64,000 nucleotides of DNA from Candidatus Omnitrophota bacterium (GTDB taxonomy: Bacteria > Omnitrophota > Gorgyraeia > Gygaellales > Profunditerraquicolaceae): the NCBI GenBank assembly GCA_041650835.1, contig JBAZKL010000001.1, positions 765,617 through 829,616 of the forward strand, in the 5' to 3' direction. The position numbers were made by a program, and so were the translations under genes. The notes beneath the pieces are model-generated. The model was given only the letters and a program-made list of their open reading frames with translations, was not told where the DNA came from and searched no databases. Position 1 is the first letter of the stretch, and each line of letters begins with the position of its first letter. This document shows, one piece after another, positions 41,650 through 52,910 of the stretch.

Positions 41650-43780
41650 CCCTCAACCAAGGGAAGCTTAAGGGTAAATTCCAGGCCTTTGATCTCCTCA
41701 GTATAACGGTCGACATCCTCCAGTAATGCCAGGACAACCTTATCCAGGAATTCATTACTTACCTCAATACTGCCGCCGAGCAGGCGCATGGCCTTTTCGA
41801 GCCGGTATAAGGTAAGGGAGCCGGTATAGACCCTGTCCGAGAAGAACGGGGCAAAAAGAAGTATCAATTCCTGCGCCTTGAGCCCTTTACCGTCATCACT
41901 GATCTTCGTCTGTATCATCCCCTGCTTTTGGGTCATGGAGATACTTATCTTCTTCGCGCCTGCTTGAGCCGCGTTTTTAAGCAGATGATCGACCATGCGC
42001 ATAAAGTTTTTCGGAAGGATGACCTTCGCAGGCTGAGCGCTCAAACCATAACGGATATTCAACCCGGGAAATTCAGCCATTAAACGCCTGCCTTCGTCGA
42101 TCATATTCTTAATAAAGGTACTCAAGTCCACCTCTACCGGCTCGATGAGATTACCATCAGCCAAAGCCTTGATCAACGCCAGGTTCCGCTGATCCAGCTC
42201 CTCAGCGTTCTTTCGCGTGATCCGGATATCAAGCTGCATCGCCTCACGTAAAGAATCAACGCCGGACTTGATCCGTAAGATGGGAATATTCTTGACTCTC
42301 TGTTCAAGGGTATCAAGCCCCTCAAAGAATTCCTTAGTCAAAGCAAAGATGCGCATTGAGATAGGCAAAAGCACCTCTTCAATATTTTCGGCGAGGAACA
42401 TATTTGTGGTTTTACCGATCTTGATGGTTTCCTCAATAACTACTATCAAGCGCACCAGCCGCGCGGCAATAGATTCGACGACCATGATCCGGAGATATTC
42501 CAAATCGCCTGCGCCCACGCAATCTTCATTTACGCGGATAGCATCCAACTCGGATATTTTCTTTGCAGAATCGATGAGCCTCTGGATACGCGCTATTTCC
42601 ATGATTTCAGGAGAAGCATCCCCCGGAAATTCGTATTCTTTCTGCAGCGCCGCGACGAGCTCAACCTTCCTTCTCCCCAAGAAAAACAAAAGCGCGCGGC
42701 GGAGGTTAACATTTCTTACCGCAGGGATATCCAGGCCTTCTAATTCCTCAACGCTCTTTGCGGCGCGTATGGCCGATAAAAGCTTCATCACGCGTTCATA
42801 GAGGTCCTGTCTGCCGTAAAGCTGCGCCAAAAAGACTTCGTAGCACAACTCAAATACCTGATCGATCTTTTTCTCCAGCCTCCTGATAAAACCTCCCATA
42901 GGCACGACCACATTGCGGAAATGATGCGGGAGCGCATCCGCAACGTGTTTTCTCACCAGGACATCCCTGGTCAACTCCGCTTCCGCGCGCACGAGAGGAT
43001 CGGGATCTTTCAAGAGCACAAGCACCAAAAGCGCGGCGGCCTCAAAATTCACATCACGCAGATCTATCGCGAACTGCTTACGCTCATCGATGCTTCCTCC
43101 CCGGGCAAACGCGATAAGCCGGCGCTTGACGTTTTTCTGCTCAAGATGCGCTGTTAATAAGCATAAACACTGGAATCTCTTAACAGGCGCGGCTTGCGGA
43201 TAATCGTTAGCGCATCTTTCCAAGATCGCCTCAAGCTCGCTCGGCGTTGCTTTTATCGCGACAACCTTGACCTTAATATTGTCGCCGATCTGCGCTGTCG
43301 CCCATTTTCGAAGCTGTTTGTTACCGGCATTCGGACGCGTATTAAAATATATCGAGAACTCAAAATGCCCTGCCTGTGTCGGCTGTATGATGATCTTTAT
43401 CTTAAAAACATTCCCTTCGAGGCCTGCGGGTGAGAGCTCTTCTTCTTTCCTTAGCTTTTGGCCTTCCGAATCCATATACATGCCTACTACTTCGACCTCA
43501 TCATGGGAGACCCTGCTTTTGGCATTCGACCAGACATCAACGATCAAATAGTCTTCGTCCAACAAACTTTCAAATTCTTTCTTGGTTATACAGCGGTCCA
43601 GCTTAACAAAGGCATAGCCGAAAATACGCTGGCCGATGATTATTTCGCCTTCCCGGGCGGTTTGCTGGTCGGCGATCTCGGCTTCCATGCTTATGTGCCC
43701 CGCGGAAAATACCAGCGGTTTTTGCCCATCGCCTAAAACCGGAGAGCTCGCCTCCTGCTGCCAGCTGCGCGATCCCACTA
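41650..43780 (-). CDS. Sensor histidine kinase-like protein with HEAT/ARM repeats and a C-terminal HATPase_c domain. Possible PilZ-like N-terminal segment.
   Basis: Reverse translation of 41931-41996 gives MVDHLLKNAAQAGAKKISISMTQKQGMIQTKISDDGKGL (N/G1 boxes). HEAT-like LLKDPDPLVRAEAELTRDVL. N-terminal GEIIIGQRIFGYAFVKLDR...MDSEGQ. Confidence 0.4.
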
Positions 43781-43789
43781 ACGCGCCCC

Positions 43790-45840
43790 GGCTGAACCCG
43801 CCATAGCGGATCTTCATATACGCTGCCAGGTTATTAGCCACGCCCCATGCCTGGGCATCACAACCGCGGGGCCAATGGGAATAATTCCCGTCAAGTATTT
43901 CCGAGACGCTCCCCACCCCGGCTACCGACAAATGTTCATCGATCTCTGCGAAATAGGGAAGAACGAAACGGATACTCTCCAATGAATATTCATGCGCGGT
44001 GACATACGCCAGAGCCCAATCCCCGAAGAGGTGCGGCCAGGCTGTCCCGTTATGATACGCCGGCTTTCTTTGAGTATCCTCTTCCCCCTCATAATAACCC
44101 CTATAAGGGAATACAGAATGAGAACAGGTATCCTGCGACAAGGTCCGAAGTGCCGCAGGCACGACTAATTTCTCTTTTACTATTTCAACCACGCTCTTTT
44201 GCTGTTTCCGGGAAAGCAGGTTATACTGCGAAAGAACAGCGATAAGCTGGTTCGGACGGATCGCGGCGTCTTTTTTTGCGCTGGAAACCGCCTGATGAGG
44301 ATATGCTTCCAGGGTATCGGCAAGATATCCTTTTTCGGTGAGCCAGAAATATTCTCTAAAACTGTGACGTATCTTTTTGGCGGCAACCATATAATTTTGG
44401 GCTTGAGCGCTTTCTCCTATTTCTTCAAAAAGCTTTGATATGTATAAAACACTCTCATACCAGCGCGCGTTATTCTCAACGGTATAGCCTTCCCGGGGAG
44501 TACAAGCCGGATAATTCGTATCCATCCAGGTAAAATGACTCGGCGACCAGATCAAAAAGGTTTCCTGGTCCATGCGTATCCCGTTGGGAGTGCCATGGCG
44601 ATACCCCTCAATTATTGATGTCATGATCTCAAGGATGATCCGTTTCCCTGCTGTCTCAAAAAGGATAGCTTTATCTCCTGTTGCCTCGATATAACTTCTC
44701 ACGGAGAGGATATACAAAAGCGGAGCATCCACAGTATCATAATTTTGCGCGGTCTCACCGGCAATGATGTTCGGAAGCATTCCTCTATCTTCAAATTTAC
44801 CGAATGCCATCAACAAACCTTTGGCAATATCGTGCATTCCGGCAGCCAGGATCCCGTCGAAACAAATAAAGGTATCCCTGCCCCAATCAGAGAACCAGGG
44901 GTAGCCGGCAAGCACGGTATAGAACTTATCGCGCTTGGCGACGAACGGCCATAACCCCAGCACCATTTTCTGCACAAACGCGTCTTTACGCGCGGCAGGG
45001 TCTTTAACTTTGCGTATTCTTTCCAATTGAAGAAGGCAATTATCCTCGATCATCGCCTGTGCCTGGGCTTCATTAATATCTTTCTCTTCAGTTAAAAGGT
45101 CTTTGCTGGCAAACACAATATTTGTTGATCCTTGTTCGGTAAGGACAGCCGTGAAGAACCCCGGGCTGTAACTATCGCTGGCATTATCCTGGCCCCGCTC
45201 TCCTTCAATGGGATTAAAACCATAATGCCATTCGGGGCTGAATTGATAGCTCCCCGCGGTAGCCCACATCCTTATCCCATCAAACCCCGGATACCAGTTT
45301 TTCCAATCATCGCTGATCGGCCATATTCCAAAGCCTTTTACGCTTTCGCCGTCTTGTATCGGAAAATGCTTGCCCGACCACCAGGAAACTGCGCCATCCC
45401 AATGCTTGGCTGTTTCATGATGCAGGCGCATCTCTAAATCGGGCCTGATGAAAAGATGGACCTGCTTGATACCCGGCGTCATAGCCGCGACATGGTAATT
45501 AAAAAGGAACCTGTTCGCGCCTTCTTCCAGGACGGCAGTTTTAACGATCACAACCTGCTGGCCGCCCTCAATGGTGAGCACAAATGTCCATTGCGGCAAA
45601 GGATACCGCTGGAAGTGCGCGAACGTATTCATATCGAGATGGAAGGCTTTTTCCTGCCCGTCATAGACGAGCGTTACATCTTCGACGATCCCTCTAAAAA
45701 TAACCCTCCGCGACTCATCCGGAGCCGACAGGATTAAATTTGCCTGAAAGCCGTCATACTTGCTGGTATACCCCTGGGTTTCAATGGCCAGCCCCATCTG
45801 ATGGCGCGCCAGAGGCCGGATAGGCAAGCGTAAAATACTT
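43790..45840 (-). CDS. Glycogen debranching enzyme (bacterial/archaeal GDE N-domain plus amylo-alpha-1,6-glucosidase six-hairpin domain).
   Basis: Reverse translation: GYPWFSDWGRDTFI (44874-44909), AYHNGTAWPHLFG, CDAQAWGVANNLAAYMKI (about 43800-43845). The gene begins just below the upstream TAA at 45849-45851. Confidence 0.55.
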
Positions 45841-45848
45841 CCCCGGCC

Positions 45849-48740
45849 GTTAGAGAGAGTGACCGTATTATGCGGGTAGAGATCAAAAACATCTTTCTTT
45901 AACCGCAGCGACAATTCGCCTTCCTCAACAACCTCACTCCATGCTTCCAACACAGGCATGACTTTCAGGTGATACTCCTGCCGCAAACCATTATCCCCTT
46001 CCCATCCGTTATTTTCCCGTTTACCGATCCATAAAAAGCTGACTGAATATCTTCCCGGCTCAAGCATAGAGATCATAGACAGATATTCCGACAAGTCCCT
46101 GACCGGCAATGAATGCGCGTAGGTCTCTTTACCGCTTTTCTCATGGCGCAGGTAGACCACGAACGGATGCGGGTTCCTGAAAGCCAGAGAACATCCGTAA
46201 TGCACTAATACCTCTTTGTTCTTGTTCTCCTCCCAATCCCACTCAACGGTCTGCTTGCGCGCATCCAGGTCACAGACACTGATCTCTGAAAAAGAGGAAG
46301 CATAAACTTGCCTTTGCTGAACAGGAACATCGCTTTCCTTGGCAATAACACGGATACGATACCAATCCGTATACTTCGGATACTCCTCTCCCTCGGCAAA
46401 TACTCCGGCGCGCAATTTATAGTCACCCGGCTCTAATTCATGGATAATGGTAGAAAGAATAGCTGAACGCTTTCCTTCCCCGTTACGGTAAGAAGAAACA
46501 TGCGGTTTATTCAACCCTGAATTTTCTTCCATAATATCGATATTAAAGGTTTCATCCATCGTGAAATAGACTACCTGCCCTTCCTGCACCACGACTTGCG
46601 TTCCACGGAAGCCTTCCCAATCCCATACTATGCCGCCGGCAGGTATCTCGCTTTTTTCCAGGCGCAATACCGCGACCTGTCCGGGGGCCAGGTCAAATTT
46701 CATGCGCGGCTCTTCATAGAGGTATTCAACGCCGCTTATCAGCTCTTTAAAAAGGAAGCGGTGGGCCAGAGGAATACCCATGTACCAATAGGTGATCGGC
46801 ACATCGAGCGTTTTTTGATCATTACTGAAGTTCGCCGCGATTATAAGGCTGTTATTTTGATAATGCTTAACGAAATAAACCAGATGCTCTTCATTATAGG
46901 GGGTAAGATTGATCATATTGGAATTACCGACCGCGGGATTCTCTTCCCTGATCTTAACAAAGCGCTTAACCCATGATGAGAGGTCAACCGGGCCGCATTC
47001 CTTAGTCCCCCAGTCGGAACAGACAGGCCTGCCGGCAGCATCATGCGTTTCTTGTTTTATATTCGCGAATGTACCGAATTCTCCCAGGCTGACCAACGCG
47101 GTCTCTATCCGGGGGCCTAAAAGGAGCATGCCTAAGAACGCGGGGCCTAATAGCTCAATAATGTATTTCTGTAATTCAACGCTGTCTTCCTGAGTAGAGA
47201 TGCCGGCCAAATATTTAAACATCCCCCAATATTCTTTAGACCAGCGATAGCTGTCGTGGGTATCGACAACCGTATAACCAAATTCCCGTGAAATACCGGC
47301 AACATCATTGATAAAATCCCTCAGGAATTTACCTTTTAAATCAAGGACAAATGAATATTGCAGGAACCCCAGGCTGATCAAACTGAAATAGGCGTGAGGG
47401 TCAGCGCCCAACTGTTCAACAATAGGCAGAATATCATTCTCCTGAAAGTATTGCGCGATCCTCTCCCAGAGATTCGTATGATAATGGACCCGGCCTGAAG
47501 TCCCGCAGCCATATTTATGCAGCGCGTCAAGCCGCCAACCCGAGATACGCGCGGCGTTCCCGTGCGTATAGAAAATGTCGGGAAATATGCGCCCCCAGTA
47601 TTCAAACGGCTCAATTCTGGGGTCTTCTTTACCTTTTAAAACCTGTTCGTGAATACTCAATTCATCCCAGGAAGCAAGATCCCCCCACAGCGGGCTTAAG
47701 ATATTTCCTTTTTTACCCTTTTCAAAATAACCTCTATGGAAAGCGGCATCAACGCCGTCCTGGGCCCGATAGAAAGGAAGATCGCCCAAGATCAAAATAC
47801 CCTTTTCCATACAAGTACTTAATAATCCATAAAACTGTTCAAAACTAATAAACTGTTCGTAAAGAATGGAATTCATGGCGCAGTCGCCTTCCTGGCAATG
47901 CCAAAAATCCTCTAAAGGATACGAAATGCCGCTGATCGATTTACCCGGGTATTGCTGATTGCGCTTCAGGACCAACTCCGCGTATTCCCTGGCCTGCTTG
48001 AGCTGCGCGAATTTCATAAAAGCCGTTTTTCTTCTTTCGCTGCCGGAATTCATAAGGTCATAGAGGCGCTCGCTCAAGAACCCGCCCTTATCTTCAACAC
48101 ACTGCCAGTCGATAAAACAGGGATGCAGCGCGTACACGGAAAGCGGCGCGAACGGGCTTTCTCCGGATGTCGGGAAGAACGGAGAAAGCATAAACACATT
48201 TTTACCGGTCTGTTCAAACCTATCCAGGATAAAATCCCTGATCCCGCTCCAATTGACCGCGAAGCCGCGGCAGGCCACATCCGGTAAAAACACATAGGAG
48301 GGATGAAAAGTTTCCGGTTTGATCCAGGTCGGCATCCGGTAAACCTTAAGCGTAACGTTTGAACCGACCCACTTCGCCTCTTTCTGGTGCTTAGTTTGCG
48401 CAAAACCGGTAAATTCAAAATGACCTGGTTTAGAGACCAAAAGTCTCATCCGGGCGCTAAAAACACCGGGGAGCAGGTTGTTCTCTGAGTCGTAAGATTG
48501 AGCTATGCTCTCCGGAGGAAATTCAATGGAATGCCACACTTGAGAATCGGCATTCGTTTGAATGCCCGCGGTCAAATCTTCGATATTTGCGACAGGCGTG
48601 GTAGTAACCGTTACCTCTATTTCGATCGTATTATTGATACCTATGGCGGGCTGGTCCCAGGGAGCAGGGCTTATTTCAACGCGGGTAACAACAGGCAATT
48701 CGGCTGTTACCGCCGAAGAACTAACCATGCGCGGCGGAGC
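45849..48740 (-). CDS. malQ: 4-alpha-glucanotransferase (GH77 amylomaltase, MalQ-like) with an N-terminal beta-sandwich (CBM-like) domain and C-terminal extra domains.
   Basis: Reverse translation: start MLLRAPPRM at 48738-48740. FHPSYVFLPDVACRGFAVNWSGIRDF...MLSPFFPTSGESPFAPLSVYALHPCFID (48111-48190). FYTHGNAARISGW (47538-47573). Stop ...HNTVTL-TAA at 45849-45851. Confidence 0.55.
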
Positions 48741-48845
48741 GCGCAGAAGCATATTTTCAGCGACCAATTCAGCTGTCGCAGGGAAATCTAATTGCGCCAA
48801 CGGCGCTGACGCGATAAACACGGCCGTTGCGGTGATAAGGTCCCC

Positions 48846-48938
48846 ACCAGCCACGCCCCGTTGGAAAATAACAGTTGCTCCCCACCAGCCACGGAAGGTA
48901 AAGCATAACTGTAATAGTGATATTTTCCAACGGGGCAC
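48846..48938. repeat. 93-nt intergenic repeat element with a 16-bp inverted repeat (copy 1).
   Basis: Exact or near-exact match to 52703-52795. Stem cgccccgttggaaaata ... tattttccaacggggc encloses a loop of about 50 nt. Lies between the SAS-domain gene end and the GH77 start. Confidence 0.7.
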
Positions 48939-48959
48939 GGAAGGTAAACCAAATCGCTT

Positions 48960-51900
48960 GAACCGCAACGGCCGCGATGATTCCTTACTGATACTTGAAC
49001 TGCTTTGCTGCGGCACCGAAGATGCAAGAACCGCATTCAAAGGGCCTTGTTTTTCTTGAGGGATATTTTTCGAAAATATTCTCTGACTCACCGGCGATTT
49101 ATCAGGATTTAGTATTTTAACCCCCGTCCCGGTATCGATTTCCGCCAAGAATATATCCCCGGTTTCGGCCTTCCCTTGAGCAGAGAGGGAAAACAGCCGA
49201 GACGACCTTAAAGCAAAGCTCTGCCCATAAGCAGGGACCACTTTCTTCATGTTCGCGCCGAACAGAACAAATAAACTCCTGACATTCCCCGGTTTATTCT
49301 CAAGTGAGGGGAAAGTCAATTCCAAAGCGCCGGGATACTTACGCGAGCGGTTGACCACCATACAATAGGCGTTATTACCTATTCGCTCGATGATCTCGCC
49401 ATATTGCTCCATGGGGATGCTTTGCCAGGAAGATATCAGGTTATATTTTTGCGGCGGCATGCGCAATAAAACTTCACCGCGCCTCAAGCCCTGCATATGC
49501 CCGGCCACAATTTCAATATCGGCCACATTGTTCTTCGCGTAATGTTTTCCGGCGCTTTCGCGGCTTAATTTATAGACCCAATGCGGACGGTCGAAATTTT
49601 GTTTTGCTTCCCAATCTTCTTTTGAGAAGATCTGGACCTCAGCCGGCACGCCTTCAATATTTATAAATACAACATACTCATTCCACTGGGCCCTGATGCC
49701 GGCGAATTCTTTATTATGATGCTTATATTCGGGATTTTCTTCATTCAGCTCCTGCAAGGGGTAATTATTTAATAAATAGCTCAGGATATGATAGACATCG
49801 TGCTTCGTCCTGCTGACAATAGTGATCCCGAAAACATCCTTTAATCTCCTTAAGTCTTTATTATATTCTTTCTTGGTCATTGCCTTTTTCCAGCAGGTAT
49901 AAGCGTCTTTTACGCGGGAAAACATTGCGTCGGCATAAACGCCGCTTTGAGCTAACCGGTAACGCATTTCAACTGATCTTTCCAACAGATAATCCTGGGC
50001 TTGACCAAAATCCCTGCCTCCCCTGATCTCCCTGACTTCATTAACAACATCAGCATAAATTTCAGTATAAGAAAAAACGACTTCCCTGAATTGCCGGTCT
50101 AATCCTTCGAGCCTTAAGAATTCAGCTAAGGGGGCGTAAATACAATACACTTCATTCGCCCAGGATATCCGCTCCTCGACTGTTTCCAGGTGCCTGCCGG
50201 AAGCGAGTTTATCCGCCAGGACTAAGACTATTCCATGAACACCTGACAGCATTAAGATCATGCAGATATATTTTTCCAGGGCATCATCGCCTTTTACGAC
50301 CCGTAAAGCAGGCAAAGAATTAAAACGCTGCATCAAGAGGACATAATCCTTGATCGTTTTATCGCTCATGAATCTCTTCTTTAATGACTGGCTTAAGGAA
50401 GGGGCTTCTCTTGTGGGATTAATATGCGTCAAGAGCGCGAAAAGCGCTTGAGGCTTAAATGAAACACGGTCTATGAATTCAACATAGATCTCCAGAACAT
50501 CCAGGATATGGGTAAGCACGCCTAACCCGGCTTCAAAATAGGCTGACGCGTAACGAGGCACGCTGATAAGACAATAAACCTCAATTGCCGCTTCGATATC
50601 AGCGGCTGATAAATGCGAATAAGGGATCTTAGAACGCAGATTGATCAGTGAGGCAAAAAACCGGAAGGCAGATCTATCTTGTTCCGCTAAAGGCACTGCC
50701 AGCGCGCCTGAAAGCGATTTATTCTCTATCTCCAAAAATAACAGGATCAGGCGGCTGGTAAGGCTTGCTGATTGTTTTTGTTTACCCAGGTCAAAATAAG
50801 CGGGATGGATAATAATGGTCTTTGAAATAACATCTAAAGCGATACATTTTCCCCCGGTTGATACAAGAGAGGTTGTGATCTCTAATGCCCACACGGGAGG
50901 CGCGCGCAACGAAAGAGGAGCGAACTTATCCAGGCTATCCTTAATAACCTGGTAATGTTTTTCAGAATAGAAACCGGCAGAAAGGCCGATATCAAAACCT
51001 TTCAATTGCCTTTTCAGTAAAATCCTATTCTTCCCGTAAACAGCTTCGGCTTTTGCTTGCGCCTTTTCCGAGACCTTAAGAGGGCTGCCCGAGCCCGGGG
51101 CATTTGCCGCGACTTTATTCCTGCCGCTTTCTTTAGCTTCATAAAGGGCGATATCCGCCCGTTCAATAACATCCTTATGACTGTCATCAATTCTTTGAGG
51201 ATCAAACTCACTTACCCCGATACTGACGCTCACGCTGATCTCCAAGCCATTATTCTTAAACACATATGCTTCTATCATCTGCCGGATCTTTTCCGCCTTC
51301 AGGGCGGCATTCGTTAATTTACATGACAAAGCCAGGCAGAACTCTTCCCCGCCGTAGCGGAACAGCGAATCATTGGTACGGATCGAGTCCTGGATCAAGC
51401 GGGAAACCTCTGCCAGGACAACATCACCCATCGTATGGCCATAGGTATCATTGACTCTCTTAAAGAAATCTATATCAAGCATCAGGATAGAAAGTTCATC
51501 TTTGCCTCTTCTGACGCGGGCGGTCCATTTCGGCAGCTCTTCTTCAAGGTACCTGCGGTTATACGCGCCGGTTAAAGGGTCCCGTATCGCTGATTCCCGC
51601 GCCGCTGCCTTCTCTATCAACGCTTTACCTAACTGCTGCCTTAAATGCCGGCCCATCCAAAGAGAATTAAGGTATTCACTCACCAGGAAGTAGGGAACTA
51701 AACCGACGACAAGAAGATACAAGAAGCCATGCGCCGGGCCGTACGGCAAAGAAATGATCATCGTGAATGCTTCCAGCGCCAGGACATAGATATAGCCGCC
51801 CAAAGTATAAGACAGGAAACTTCCTATCCTGTCGATTACGGCCGCAAGCCAATGCGTAGCCTTATCCGTTAAAGATACCCTGCGTAAGGCCGCGGAAACG

Positions 51901-52300
51901 ATCTTATTGTTTATTTTGTGCAGGATCAATTGGGGCGCCAGGAATGCGATCATAACCCGATACAAGAGGTATTCCTGAGAAGCAGCGATGACCGCCGGAT
52001 GGAGGACAATATTTTGAGCGGCATCCAGGAAACAAACGCTGCCTTCATCAACCGCCTTTCCTTCATTATAAGCCGCGATTTCCTTCTCCAAACTGCGTAC
52101 GGCATATGCTTGCATGGATATAATTGCCGCGAGCAGGAGAGCCGTTACAAAAACAAACGGCAAATTAACAAACTCGAACTTATAGAAGCTGCATAAGGCG
52201 CCCAAACCAACGCAGGCGCATGACCACAACCAAGCATACCGCTTTATCTTGCCTGAAGTAATTATCGCGGAGGGAATTGATCCTCCCTGATCTTCAAGCG
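48960..52300 (-). CDS. Membrane-anchored GGDEF diguanylate cyclase followed, in the same apparent ORF, by a degenerate HD-like region and a RelA/SpoT-type (p)ppGpp synthetase (SAS) domain. May be two adjacent genes.
   Basis: Reverse translation: N-terminal hydrophobic helices; DPLTGAYNRRYLEEEL...MLDIDFFKRVNDTYGHTMGDVVL...RYGGEEF (51344-51364) ...ADIALYEAKESGRNKV; later FGITIVSRTKHDVYHILSYLL and PAEVQIFSKEDWEAKQNFDRPHWVYK (49566-49640; vEvQIRT...HW.YK synthetase signature). Confidence 0.45.
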
Positions 52301-52335
52301 GGCTGCCGGCTAAGACGGGAAGGACCTGATTATTG

Positions 52336-52599
52336 TTACCCGTTAAGAGACTCTCCCTCAAAATATATGGGAACATCTTTAAGCTGCCCCTGAAGAGCTC
52401 CCCTGACCTGCTCGGCGCATTCATAGGTAAGTTCATGCCAACCCCCCGGAGACTTTCCCCACGCGTACCCCAAAGGCGAGAGGATGAATTCAAAGACTGT
52501 TTGGCCGTCGGGAACGCAGGAATAGACGACCACATCGCGGGAAGATAAAACCCTAAGCTGTAAGACCTGTAACTGACTGAATTGATATTGACTAAGCAT
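52336..52599 (-). CDS. Small hypothetical protein (87 aa) with a canonical RBS.
   Basis: AAGGAGGT, 6 nt, then ATG. This ORF is listed in the supplied track (MLSQYQFSQLQVLQLRVLSSRDVVVYSCVPDGQTVFEFILSPLGYAWGKSPGGWHELTYECAEQVRGALQGQLKDVPIYFEGESLNG). Stop TAA at 52333-52335. Confidence 0.6.
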   Translation of the reverse strand: MLSQYQFSQLQVLQLRVLSSRDVVVYSCVPDGQTVFEFILSPLGYAWGKSPGGWHELTYECAEQVRGALQGQLKDVPIYFEGESLNG

Positions 52600-52702
52600 C
52601 CGTTACCTCCTTGATTAATATTATGGGCTGCGGAGTAAAGGCCCCCCATTCCTCGACCTGGCTCGGAATCCCTCAAAGAGGAACCCTGAGCTCGTCGAAG
52701 GG

Positions 52703-52795
52703 CCAGCCACGCCCCGTTGGAAAATAACAGTTGCTCCCCACCAGCCACGGAAGGTAAAGCATAACTGTAATAGTGATATTTTCCAACGGGGCACG
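52703..52795. repeat. 93-nt intergenic repeat element with a 16-bp inverted repeat (copy 2).
   Basis: Matches 48846-48938. Lies between the end of GT-B gene A and the start of the small ORF, in an AT-rich spacer at 52600-52900. Confidence 0.7.
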
Positions 52796-52910
52796 CAAGA
52801 GGTAAGCCCGAAACGTCACTCCGCAACCCATCTATATTTGTAAACGTTTTCATTTGAGTGTAAAAAAATACTTCATCGATCCTATTTTTTGAAGCGATAG
52901 CCGACGAGGA

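Noticed and set aside
48841-48940. The hairpin repeat as a tRNA or CRISPR repeat.
   Set aside because: There are only two copies, 3.9 kb apart, with no spacer-repeat periodicity and no cloverleaf or anticodon-arm geometry. A 16-bp stem with a 50-nt loop is not tRNA-like.
52600-52900. Frame f0 stays open across the AT-rich spacer and the hairpin repeat, suggesting it is coding.
   Set aside because: The translation there is S/L/R-rich and non-protein-like. The spacer carries promoter/terminator-like features and the repeat element, and the small ORF downstream uses a different frame with a perfect RBS. Treated as a chance open frame of about 100 codons.
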